Below the pieces are notes generated by a model. That model worked only from the letters and a program-made list of their open reading frames with translations, did not search any database and was not told the origin of the DNA. Below, one piece after another: positions 47,839-57,800 of a stretch of 64,000 nucleotides of DNA (positions are counted from its first letter, which is position 1; each line of letters opens with the position of its first letter). Origin of the DNA: Candidatus Woesearchaeota archaeon (GTDB lineage Archaea; Nanobdellota; Nanobdellia; CAZCWL01; CAZQAZ01); the NCBI GenBank assembly GCA_964591855.1, contig CAZQAZ010000001.1, forward strand, positions 7,591 through 71,590, in the 5' to 3' direction. The translations under genes and the position numbers were made by a program.

Positions 47839-49904
47839 GTATGGCTAAGAAAGGTATCAAGGACATAATAAAGGAACATCCTGAAGACATAATAGGGATG
47901 GCTGCAGCTCCAGAAGCTGCAGCACCTAAGCTTGTGAAGGATGTACTTGAGACTCAGAAGGAGACTGCTGAGGCTGAGAAGAAAGCAGCCAAAGCTAAGG
48001 AGGCTGCCGCGAAAAGTCAACCCTCTGGAGGTGGAGGAGGTTCTTCTGGTGGTGGATTTGGCGGTGTAGGTGGGGGAAGATTTAATAGAGTAGGCATTTG
48101 GGCAGGTTTAGGTATAGTTTTTATATTTATCATAATTATACTTATAGGAGCGATGGTCCCAACTGCAAGACATATGCTCTCCACACAAGGGAGCTTTAGC
48201 TTTGGGCTAGGAGAACTCATAAAACAAATAGCAGGTATTTCTGTAGTTGGACCCGTTGAGACGGAAAAGGAAGTTAAATCCGGACCAACACTAGCTACAA
48301 CACCCTTCTATTCATTTAGGATAGATTCTGTAGAAGTATCTCCAATGAAAGGGCAGATGTTCTTCCCAGGTGGTTCTGTAACAGCTAAGAACTTTGACAT
48401 AGAAAAAGGAAGCACATACGAAGTTAGGAAGGCAGGAGAGACAATACTAACCAAAACTGCAAGTGAGAGTATCACAGCCCAAGCTGCCTGTGACTCTGCT
48501 GTTAATGAGCTAAATGGTGATGATAACCCAGACAACGATGTCACACCAGATGATATAGTCGTAGTTTATAGTGGTATGTACTATCCTTGTGGCGATGATC
48601 ATGAAATAAAGTATATAAGCTCGGAAGGTGCAGGCCAAACTTTTTCCATCAGAGTTCTTGTTAGGAATACAGGAGACAAAGAGGCTGACAATATGACTTT
48701 AGTTATACTCCCAAAGCCAAAGGATTCGTGGTGTAACATTGGCGGGGAGGATAAAATGTTATATAAGCTTGGTTCTGGAGAGTCAACAGAGTTCTGTGAC
48801 ACAGTATACCTAGATGAGAGTGGAGGTTATACTAACTTCGACGCGTGTGCTAAAAGCTTTACATTGGAGAAAGCAGGTACATACTTCTCATCTTGTAAAG
48901 TTAAGTTTGGATGCGTGAATAACTTTGTAGGGAAAGTCTCGGGGATATTTGAGAATACAGGTTGTGAATGTGACCCTTCGGCTGAAGAAGGATGTGGGTG
49001 GTTAAATAATGTTTACACTCCAAATGTTTATGCAAGACTTGTTGGACCATACGTCTCTACAACAAGACTTGATATACAGTTCATGGATGGAGATTATTAT
49101 GACATCCTCACGAATCAAAACTTGTTTTATCCGTTTGTAAGAACTGCTACTAATTCTTGGGGTGCAGTAACTCTTTATCTTGATACAGCAAGTGAAAAAC
49201 AGCCAATCTTATCCTTTAAGAGCGCTCCTATGGATACGTTCACTTTAAGAGTAAAATACGATGTCCCTCAAAAGAAAAGTGGAAGAATATTAGAGCCATT
49301 TACTGAGAACATACCAGGAACCAAGTCAGCAACGTATGGAGACATACAAAAGATCTTGAATAGAAAGAACAGTGATGTATGGCCATGGGAAGGTGATGCA
49401 ACCACAACTTTCAACAAGTACTACAAAGAAAGACTATACATGTTGATACCATCTACACTTTTGTTCATTGGGACTCCTTATGAGAATCAGTTTAAACACA
49501 AAGGAGGTGAATTTAAGAATAGCATAGTGATTAACAATTTGGTATGTGGAGACTATGTGTATGATAAACTTTGTGATCAAAATTCAGACGAATATAAAAA
49601 CTTCATAAGTAGAAACCTTGAGTTTAAGAAGGTAGCAGACAGTTACTGTAGAGAAACTGCTAAGTCAAATGATGGGGAATATAAAGGTATAGGTTACCTC
49701 GTTTGTGAGGTTTATGATGGCAAGATAGGAAACATTGACTACGAGTTAAAGGAAGGTGAGGAATATCAGTTCCCACTTCATGTACCTAACTTGAATGGAG
49801 AATCTGTTAACAGAGTGACATACTTAATAAGGGCTGATTTATTATACTACTTTGTATATGAAAAGGACCAACAAAATCCAATTGTTATATACAGCAAAAT
49901 TTAG
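47835..49904 (+). CDS. Membrane protein with A/E/K-rich and Gly-rich cytosolic N-terminus, single TM and large Cys-containing ectodomain (hypothetical).
   Basis: 689 aa. GTG 47835 overlaps the previous stop; ATG 47841 is an alternative start. SGGGGGSSGGGFGGVGGGRF, then TM IWAGLGIVFIFIIIILIGAMV, then a roughly 580-aa ectodomain. Confidence 0.5.
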   Translation: MSMAKKGIKDIIKEHPEDIIGMAAAPEAAAPKLVKDVLETQKETAEAEKKAAKAKEAAAKSQPSGGGGGSSGGGFGGVGGGRFNRVGIWAGLGIVFIFIIIILIGAMVPTARHMLSTQGSFSFGLGELIKQIAGISVVGPVETEKEVKSGPTLATTPFYSFRIDSVEVSPMKGQMFFPGGSVTAKNFDIEKGSTYEVRKAGETILTKTASESITAQAACDSAVNELNGDDNPDNDVTPDDIVVVYSGMYYPCGDDHEIKYISSEGAGQTFSIRVLVRNTGDKEADNMTLVILPKPKDSWCNIGGEDKMLYKLGSGESTEFCDTVYLDESGGYTNFDACAKSFTLEKAGTYFSSCKVKFGCVNNFVGKVSGIFENTGCECDPSAEEGCGWLNNVYTPNVYARLVGPYVSTTRLDIQFMDGDYYDILTNQNLFYPFVRTATNSWGAVTLYLDTASEKQPILSFKSAPMDTFTLRVKYDVPQKKSGRILEPFTENIPGTKSATYGDIQKILNRKNSDVWPWEGDATTTFNKYYKERLYMLIPSTLLFIGTPYENQFKHKGGEFKNSIVINNLVCGDYVYDKLCDQNSDEYKNFISRNLEFKKVADSYCRETAKSNDGEYKGIGYLVCEVYDGKIGNIDYELKEGEEYQFPLHVPNLNGESVNRVTYLIRADLLYYFVYEKDQQNPIVIYSKI

Positions 49905-49932
49905 GTGATGCGAAATCAAGAAAGAACTCTTT

Positions 49933-51024
49933 GTGTTTGGAGTGGTTTTGGTAGCCATGCTTGTAATGGGCTGTATAGGTGTTGGTCCGACTGAAGAAAA
50001 GGAAACAGTCCTTAGACCAAATCAAGGTGTTGGCGTCGTACCTGGTGGAGTTTATGTTTTAGACTCCAAGGTAAAGCCTGGTGCTATAACATCCGTAGTT
50101 GTAAAAGTAAGAAATAATTTAGAAGGACAGCCGGCTAATAACATAGTAGTTACTTTAGATAATGTAGCCCCCCTAAGAATACTTTGTAGGGGTGGAAGTG
50201 GTGCGGTGGAAGAGTTCTTTGATAACTTCCCAAATTATAAAGAGGGATACGAAGCTTGTGGAAGAGATTACTCTCTAGACTTAGATTCCAATTTAAAACT
50301 TAATCAGCATGGTGTGGTTAAACTTGATCCTGGAGAGGAGGTTGAGTTTATCTGGCCAATACGCACGCCGGACAGAGCAGTTCTCGCAGGAATGAAATAT
50401 GAGCACACTCTTTACTACACAATAGATTATGACTACAAGCTTAAAGCACAGGAAAGTATTGTTTACCTATCAAACCAAGAGTACTTGAGATTGAAGCAGG
50501 AGAACAAAACCTTAAATTATCCATCAACATTTAGACAGACAGCAGGTGAGTTCAAGCTCTACCCACAAACTGTTAATCCATTCCTTTACTATCCATCGCA
50601 AGGTATAGCCCAAGTTGCATCCATTAACTACAACATAGAAAACAACGGAGACGGATTCATACCTCCAGATTCAAAGCTTGTTATAGTTCTTCAGTATCCT
50701 AAAGAGATGGAACCTGACGAAACTTACTCTGAAAAGAGATGGATAAAGGGAACAGACTTAGATAATGAGAGAATCAAATCCATATTGAAGCACTTCCCAG
50801 ACATAAACTTAAATAGAATACTTTACAAAGAACTTGATCCTTCCTTCTTAAGGAAGGGCTTTAGGTATCCAATCTCTGCACCTTTAACTCTAACTCAAGA
50901 CGAGCTTAACTCCCTTATAGAAAATAGCATCCCTAGTAAAACTTATAATATTCAAGTTTATGTATTTTATAAGTACAGGTTTGAAAAATCAAGCAAAATA
51001 ACGATCTATCCTGTAGAAATATAA
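49933..51024 (+). CDS. Putative lipoprotein with CARDB-like N-terminal domain.
   Basis: 363 aa. Signal peptide with lipobox-like LVMGC. GGVYVLDSKVKPGAITSVVVKVRNNLEGQPANNIVVTLDN resembles a CARDB fold signature. Confidence 0.5.
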   Translation: MFGVVLVAMLVMGCIGVGPTEEKETVLRPNQGVGVVPGGVYVLDSKVKPGAITSVVVKVRNNLEGQPANNIVVTLDNVAPLRILCRGGSGAVEEFFDNFPNYKEGYEACGRDYSLDLDSNLKLNQHGVVKLDPGEEVEFIWPIRTPDRAVLAGMKYEHTLYYTIDYDYKLKAQESIVYLSNQEYLRLKQENKTLNYPSTFRQTAGEFKLYPQTVNPFLYYPSQGIAQVASINYNIENNGDGFIPPDSKLVIVLQYPKEMEPDETYSEKRWIKGTDLDNERIKSILKHFPDINLNRILYKELDPSFLRKGFRYPISAPLTLTQDELNSLIENSIPSKTYNIQVYVFYKYRFEKSSKITIYPVEI

Positions 51025-51037
51025 GGAGGAAAAAAGA

Positions 51038-51994
51038 ATGAGAAATGAAATAATTGTTTTTGTGGCAGCCATACTAGTGCTTTCAGTAATGTACGGTTGT
51101 GTAGACGTTAAATCTTTTATACCTGGCGGAGAGAAGGAACAACAGCAGCAACCAACAGGCGGTAGAGTAGAGTACTCTAAGGCTGTTTTTGGGGAGTCAA
51201 TGGATGTGACAGAACTTTATCCCGGACAAGCAACAACTCTCTTAGTAACAATTAATAACACATGGGAAAACCCTATCAAAAATGTAAAGATTCAGTTGAA
51301 GGGAGCAAGCTTTGTAGTCAGCAGTAGTGTTTTGGACACGATGGTAAGCGTTGACAAGAAAGAAGCAACAGTAAACAATGTAAACCCTGGAGCTTATTCC
51401 CAAAGATCTTTTGTGATAAGAGTTCCAAGAAAGTTAGTTGAGCGAGTAAATGTTTACCCAAGAATCTGCTTCGACTACAATCAAACAATAGCTAAGGACA
51501 TCGTCCTTGTCCCAGACTCAGCAACACAAGTTACCACACCCTCACATTACACAAATGAACCCCTAAGTGTTAGGATTCCAACAAATAAAATACTAGCAAC
51601 AGAGTCTATTGTTGGTGAAGGAGGAACAGAGTCATACTTAAGTTACACAGTTGGTGCACAAAGCGTTGATAGCATTGAGAAGCTTTACAACTTCACATTT
51701 GATATAAGTACAGACGATTACTTGGGAGGCATTAACAGCATATCTCTTGCAGAACTTTCTTCGGACAATGGAGACTTTGCTTGTGAGGAGTACACGTTCA
51801 CAGATGATCAGAAAAGAGAAAGGTGTTACCTTACTAAAGAATACGAACCACAGATAAAAACATTATCAGGAAGTGTAGCAGTAAGCATTGATAATCCAGT
51901 AGAGTCTGAAACATATGAAAACGTAGAGATTGTAGCAGAAGGAAGGTACTGTGTCAACCTTCCAACTATAACAATAAATGTGAAGAAAGTATGA
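51038..51994 (+). CDS. Putative lipoprotein with CARDB-like domain; paralog of the next gene.
   Basis: 318 aa. Signal with SVMYGC. LYPGQATTLLVTINNTWENPIKNVKIQLKG. Shares the (P/A)RICFDY motif with ORF 51991. Confidence 0.5.
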   Translation: MRNEIIVFVAAILVLSVMYGCVDVKSFIPGGEKEQQQQPTGGRVEYSKAVFGESMDVTELYPGQATTLLVTINNTWENPIKNVKIQLKGASFVVSSSVLDTMVSVDKKEATVNNVNPGAYSQRSFVIRVPRKLVERVNVYPRICFDYNQTIAKDIVLVPDSATQVTTPSHYTNEPLSVRIPTNKILATESIVGEGGTESYLSYTVGAQSVDSIEKLYNFTFDISTDDYLGGINSISLAELSSDNGDFACEEYTFTDDQKRERCYLTKEYEPQIKTLSGSVAVSIDNPVESETYENVEIVAEGRYCVNLPTITINVKKV

Positions 51995-53142
51995 GCCAGA
52001 AAAACCTTTTATTTTTTATTATTTTAATTTCAGTAGTGGTTATTCTATCAGGTTGTGTTAACCCTCCAAAGACCGAAGAGAAAGAAGGACCAAGTTATAT
52101 TCCTTCTGTCTTCTCAGCTAATTTAACATTCAGTAAACCTTTAAGTGGGGGAAGACTTGTCTTAGCACCTGGAGAGCAAGTCACTGCATATCTTACATTC
52201 GCCAACAAGGGTAACGCTCCAGCAAGAAATGTTAAGGCTATTCTTTATGGATGCAACTTAGATATCAGTTCGAACACAGGTGAAGAGGTATATACTTTAG
52301 ATAGTGTTAATCCAGACGATACGAAGACACTAACGTGGCAGATTGTAGTCCCTGAGGACTATACTGGCAAATGTTCACTCACTGCAAGAATTTGTTTCGA
52401 CTACACAACAGAAGGATATAAAGAGATTGAGATAGGAAAACAAGGAGAGGTGTCTTCAAGTAGGAGTGTGGAGTACACAAGCCCAGGCCCTATAAACTTA
52501 TCTTTCAACTTTGCAGATAGATATGTGGTATACAAAGATTACTCTCCCATAACCTTTAAGATCAAATACAAGAATGTTGGTGGAGGAAGAATACAATACG
52601 TTGGAGAGCCAGATAAGACAGATCATGTTGACTACATAGAAATGACTGTAAGAGACGGTGCAGCTTTCTTAGGCGGCGACTTCAGTGAATGGACGCATGT
52701 TGAAATCCCAAAGTACTACTCCAGTTTACAAGACGCATTCTATAAGGAAGAATTTGTACCAGCAGGACTATCTGGAGAATACAACTTCGAGCAGGTATTC
52801 AATAGAGAAGTATATGACATGTACATAAAAGATAAATACACTACACCAGAAGATATTCTCGAGCAGGAAGAAGTTGACTTTGGATTCTACACAATGAACT
52901 ACACACTCAGTGAAGATAGTCCAGCATGGAACTTGAGCATGTGGTATGATGAGGACCACGAAGGTAAAGGTTGGGCGGATAGGAACGAGCTTAAGTTTGT
53001 GGGTAATACCTTAGAAAAGAGAGCTACTTTTTATATTAATAAGTCAGCTGTAGAAGGATCTGAAACATTCAATGTTGGTACCAAAATAAAGTATTCTTAC
53101 TGTATTACAACAGGGACAACAAGTGTTGTTGTAGAAGAATGA
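51991..53142 (+). CDS. Putative lipoprotein with CARDB-like domain; paralog of the previous gene.
   Basis: 383 aa. Signal with ILSGC. LAPGEQVTAYLTFANKGNAPARNVKAILYG, ARICFDY. Start overlaps the previous stop (ATGA). Confidence 0.5.
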   Translation: MSQKNLLFFIILISVVVILSGCVNPPKTEEKEGPSYIPSVFSANLTFSKPLSGGRLVLAPGEQVTAYLTFANKGNAPARNVKAILYGCNLDISSNTGEEVYTLDSVNPDDTKTLTWQIVVPEDYTGKCSLTARICFDYTTEGYKEIEIGKQGEVSSSRSVEYTSPGPINLSFNFADRYVVYKDYSPITFKIKYKNVGGGRIQYVGEPDKTDHVDYIEMTVRDGAAFLGGDFSEWTHVEIPKYYSSLQDAFYKEEFVPAGLSGEYNFEQVFNREVYDMYIKDKYTTPEDILEQEEVDFGFYTMNYTLSEDSPAWNLSMWYDEDHEGKGWADRNELKFVGNTLEKRATFYINKSAVEGSETFNVGTKIKYSYCITTGTTSVVVEE

Positions 53143-53144
53143 GC

Positions 53145-53915
53145 TTAACCAATGTATCTTAACCCTTCTTTATCCGTTCTCTTCATAGCCTTTGCTATCT
53201 CCTTTCTGGCCATCTTCTCTTTCTTGATTCTTGTTTCTAAGGCTTTCACTTCCTTTTCTATAGAAGCAAGGCTTACTTTCATATTTAGGTACTTAACAAG
53301 CTTTTTAAGTACCTCATGAGCCGTTTTAATACCAAAGTGAGCAGGATGATTGTATGTTTCACCCAAGAAGGACACAGCTTTTATTCCTTCTAACTGAGCT
53401 AAGCCAAGAAGTAGTCCTGAAACCCCAACTATAAACCCAACAGTCTTATTCCCATCAAGTATAACAAGGTTCTTTAGGTCTTTGAGATACTTCTTATTTG
53501 AGGCTACACCGTGGACTTTTGGCTTCGAAGGCTCCTTGCTTAAGCCTATACCACCAATTGTTATTATCTCTTTAACATTCTCTTTCTTGGCAACGCTCAT
53601 TAAAACTTTAGATAGAGCATATGATTTCTCTTCGTCCAAAGGTTGCATATCCCCTGTTAATAACAATAGTTCTTTTCTTCCTTTTTTGACGTACCAAAGG
53701 GAAACACTTGGCAATCTAATTGTGGAGTCACCTTCCACAAACACAGAGTTTGGAAACGCAGTGGAAAAGATCTCTATATGCTTCTTTGCCTTCAAACTTG
53801 TTATTAAGTAATCAACTACAATCCTCCCAACATTTCCAGTGCCTGGTAGGCCTGCTATGAGTATTGCCTTCTTTGGCTTTGTTCTTCCAAATTTCTTAAC
53901 TATGAATTCACTCAT
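53145..53915 (-). CDS. PAC2-family protein (archaeal proteasome-assembly-chaperone-like, COG1938).
   Basis: 256 aa with N-terminal AILIAGLPGTGNVGRIVVDYL typical of PAC2/COG1938. In archaea this gene is the conserved neighbour of nop10 and aIF-2alpha. Start overlaps the nop10 stop. Confidence 0.6.
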   Translation of the reverse strand: MSEFIVKKFGRTKPKKAILIAGLPGTGNVGRIVVDYLITSLKAKKHIEIFSTAFPNSVFVEGDSTIRLPSVSLWYVKKGRKELLLLTGDMQPLDEEKSYALSKVLMSVAKKENVKEIITIGGIGLSKEPSKPKVHGVASNKKYLKDLKNLVILDGNKTVGFIVGVSGLLLGLAQLEGIKAVSFLGETYNHPAHFGIKTAHEVLKKLVKYLNMKVSLASIEKEVKALETRIKKEKMARKEIAKAMKRTDKEGLRYIG

Positions 53916-54063
53916 TTTTTAACATCCTCCTATACTTTGAGTACTTTACATCTATGGCTCTAAATCTTGCAGGGATGTTTAGTATGGTTTCTCCACCACA
54001 CCTAGGACATTTTTCTTTAAGAGTATATTCCTTGCACTTTTTACAATATCTTATCCTTCTCAC
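53908..54063 (-). CDS. nop10: H/ACA ribonucleoprotein subunit Nop10, not in the ORF track.
   Basis: Hand translation from GTG 54063: MRRIRYCKKCKEYTLKEKCPRCGGETILNIPARFRAIDVKYSKYRRMLKNE (51 aa). The Zn ribbon CxxC...CxxC plus PARF and KYSKYRR are typical of Nop10. The GTG start overlaps the aIF-2alpha stop (GTGA). Confidence 0.7.
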   Translation of the reverse strand: MRRIRYCKKCKEYTLKEKCPRCGGETILNIPARFRAIDVKYSKYRRMLKNE

Positions 54064-54800
54064 TCTTCAAGCACCTTGAACTCCAAACCTTCTTTTTTTG
54101 CATTTGTCTCCAAGCATTTGATTATGTCTTGCATCATTTTTTCTCCTTCCTTATAGCTCTTTGCCGTCACTTCTATATTGTACTTTGGAGACGCAACAAC
54201 TGTGGCCTTGGCTTTACCGAGGCATGCTTTGAACATGGACTTAAGCTTCTCCACACCATCTCCTGCAAGAGTTGTAAGCTCAACGAGTCTTCTTACTATT
54301 ACTTCTTTCTCTTTAAGCTGATCTTTTATGAAAGCATAAAGTTTTTTCTTGTGCTTTGTTTTAAGCTCATCGAGTACCTCGTCCCCAAACTCTTTTATTG
54401 AGTCGTAGAAGTTACTATACGAGCCAAATGTGGTTAGAATTTCATTCTTTATGCTTTCGACTTCTTTCTTCTCTATCTTGTTCTCCTTAGCAAACACATC
54501 TATTAGTTTGTCTATCTTTTTATTGAGTTTCCTCTCCTGAAGCTTTCTCTTTCTCTCACCAGAGCTTACCCTCTTAAGCGAGGCAATGACTTGATTCCCT
54601 TTTACATCAACAACTTTTAGTACTACGATTTGACCTTCTCTTACAAAGCTTTTAATGTTCTTTACCCACGACGATGAGATCTCAGATATGTGTACAATAG
54701 CTGTAGAGTCGTAATTCTCTAAATCAGCAAAGAAACTATGTGGTGTGATTTTCTTTACAACACCTATTACTACATCTCCTCTCCTTGGAAGTTTTGCCAT
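54060..54800 (-). CDS. eif2a: Translation initiation factor 2 alpha subunit (aIF-2alpha).
   Basis: 246 aa. N-terminal S1 domain (GDVVIGVVKKITPHSFFADLENYDSTAIVHISEISSSWVKNIKSFVREGQIVVLKVVDV), then helical and alpha/beta C-terminal domains. Conserved eif2a-nop10-PAC2 order. Confidence 0.75.
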   Translation of the reverse strand: MAKLPRRGDVVIGVVKKITPHSFFADLENYDSTAIVHISEISSSWVKNIKSFVREGQIVVLKVVDVKGNQVIASLKRVSSGERKRKLQERKLNKKIDKLIDVFAKENKIEKKEVESIKNEILTTFGSYSNFYDSIKEFGDEVLDELKTKHKKKLYAFIKDQLKEKEVIVRRLVELTTLAGDGVEKLKSMFKACLGKAKATVVASPKYNIEVTAKSYKEGEKMMQDIIKCLETNAKKEGLEFKVLEE

Positions 54801-54882
54801 ACCTATTGTACGATAACAGGGAATATAAATCTTACTAAATTTTCCGGTAATATTTATATAGCAGAATTGTTCTATATCACTA

Positions 54883-57800
54883 TGGACTTATATAAAAACA
54901 TCTTTTCCTTGGTTGCTTTTCTCATTTTACTAGGAGCAATATTTGCAACTTCGGATGTGGATAGTATATCTTTTGTACCTACTTATTCTTCTGGACATTG
55001 CGGGGATACTTTAGTTTCTGGAGATGTCATAACAGAAGTCGTGAACATATCTGTAGCTCATTCAGGAGATTCTATTTACAATGCAACTATTAAATTACTC
55101 AATACGACACAGAGTGATTTTATAATTAATCAAGTTTTATCGAATCCTGAGAACTTGACATGTACAAAGCAAAGTGATTATGTGATAGAGTGTGTAAATA
55201 GTACAGATTCAGGACTGGTTTCGGCTGTCCCATTAAATATCTCTTTGAATATGAGTATTAATAGGAGCAGCTTGTGTTCTCTTGATAAGGTTTTCACGTA
55301 CACATTTGAAATAAATTTAACGAACAAAACAAGTATTATTAATGGGTCAAGTGATGTGCTTCAATTAGATGCACAAAAGCCTTATTTCGCTGGGCAGATA
55401 AACATTCTGACACAATACCCGAATGTGTCTTATTATAATGGTTCCGTTTATTACATAAAAGGTGGCTACAATGCAAGTATAGCTTCAGATGATGCATTTT
55501 CTGGTATAGCAAGTTGTAATTATACGATTAATGCATCGGGGCAACCTGTTGTTTGGGCACTTTCTACATATAATGGAACACATTGTGTAGTTTCTGATAT
55601 CTCATTTGGCTCGGAGACAGAGCACTTATTAAGCTTTAGGGTTAGGGACAAAGCATTTAACTTTAATGAGAGCTCTGCTGTTACATTAGTGGAAGACGTC
55701 TCACCACCCACTATAGATTTTGTAAGTCCGGTATTAACGTATGTTGGTTCCGGCAAACTCTTAAAGGTAAACGTAACTTTTGTGGATAAAGGATCTGGTG
55801 TAAATACAAGTTCTGTACTCATAACAAATAATGAATCCCTACCGTTTGTAGGAAGTACACAGTGTACTTCTGGTGCAGGCGTTGTTTATTGTAATAATTC
55901 TATTGATACATCCGGTTTTGCAGGTATGTTGAATATAAGTGCATCGATTAAGGATAATGTCCAGAATGCAAACCTATCAAGTGTGGTTGTAAAGGTATTG
56001 CATGTTAGGGTAGACAATATTACAGACCAGGATAATAATGTGCAGAGCTTAGTTGGTCTTGCAACAAATTGGGTAAAGCTAAAGGTGAACGCTACGAATA
56101 ATACGCAGATTGGTGTTAATATCACTCATAAGGGGATATGTTTAGGTCAAGATAATGTGCCTATGCAGTATAATGACACCACTGGTTTATGGGAATATAA
56201 TTGTAGTTTAAATCACTCGGCTATGGTATCTGGGGAACAAAATGTTTCTGTGTTTGTATACCCTCTTGTAGACGAGAATGCAATAAATGATACAAGAAAC
56301 TTCACAATAAACTATGATGACCAGAGACCTGTTGTTGTATTTGACTGGTGGGACACTGAAGATATAGATGGTAGTAGTGTTAGAATACCTTCTCCTTTAT
56401 CTATACTCAGTAATCCAGACTTCTTTTTCTCACCGAATGATAATGAGATATGGTTTGCTGTCAATGTTACAGACAATATTGGGATTGATAGAGTGGTAGT
56501 TAACTTAAGTTCGATAAATATGTCCAATCCTGGAAATACATGCTATGGTTTGCTGGATCTTACGTACAATAGCACTACATCGTTGTGGGAAGGAAATTGT
56601 TCACTAGGTGTATTCAACGAGAGTGATTTGAACAGGAATGATCCATATGGTGGGCCATTACAATCATCAGATATAATCATATCTGTGTACGACACTGCTG
56701 GTAATGAGAACTGGTTTTATAATTCAAGCGGTACTGAAACGAGCTCCATACAAAGCGTTTGTCCGTATGGGATTAACCCACAAGACTACCCTGAATGTTT
56801 GCAGCCATTTATACCAGTAATAATACATGACTTAGGTACTCCAAATAGTTTAGACCCATGTATGCATTTTGGTCCCGAAACTACAAACTTTAATAATGTT
56901 CTCAATTTCTCAAGTGTTAACTTAGTACTTGAAATACAATTGAACATGTCTTGCTTTGATCCATCCCTACCAAGTGACTTTATAACTATGAATAAATTTG
57001 AATTCCAGTCATTGGACTTCTTTGACCAACAGACAGTAGCAAAGATGAGCTTGCTTCCTTCGGCTTTACAGGTGAATATTACGCCCCCAGGAATGTTCGG
57101 AGACTCAAGAATTTATATAAATTCAACTTTATTCTCGGAACTCAATACGAATTCAACTATAACTTTGTACCACCTTCCATTTATTTCCATGCCTACCATA
57201 GTTGCAGACCCCGGAGCTAGGGGTTATAATCAAACTAGCATTAGTTGGGTTTCAGGCTATGATCCAATATTTGGAGTTTGGACCGGAAATCTAACATTTA
57301 AGGTATATGGATTCTCAGGATATAATATAACAGATAATACACCCCCAACTATAGAATTTAATTATCCATTGAATAATACGAAGTACATGCCACCCGTTAA
57401 CAATGTTAATGTAACTATTAATGGTACGGGTACTCCATTAAGCTTTGTGAATATAACTCTCGATACAGCAAGTTATATTTACAATGCTACAAGTGATGTA
57501 AATACCGCTAATTGTACCTCTGCTAACAATGAGACATTTTATTGTAACCTAACAGACTTAGGAATAGAGTCTGGAACGCATACGGTCAGGGTTGTGGCCT
57601 ATGACTATGGTGGAGAATATCCAGGAAATAATAATTCATCTGAAATAAGTTTTTCCATAGACTCGATACCTCCAACAATATCTAACATAAGTGTTTCCAA
57701 CATAACTAATTCTTCTACTGCAATAATCTTTAGTACGAATGAGTTATCAACTTGTTTTGTTAAGTTTGGGGAGTCCAGTAGTCTTGGAGAGCTAACACCT

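Noticed and set aside
54738-54882. Upstream extension of the third giant ORF to 54738 (track start).
   Set aside because: It would overlap the eif2a N-terminus on the opposite strand. The hydrophobic signal peptide begins at the ATG at 54883, which is the more plausible start.
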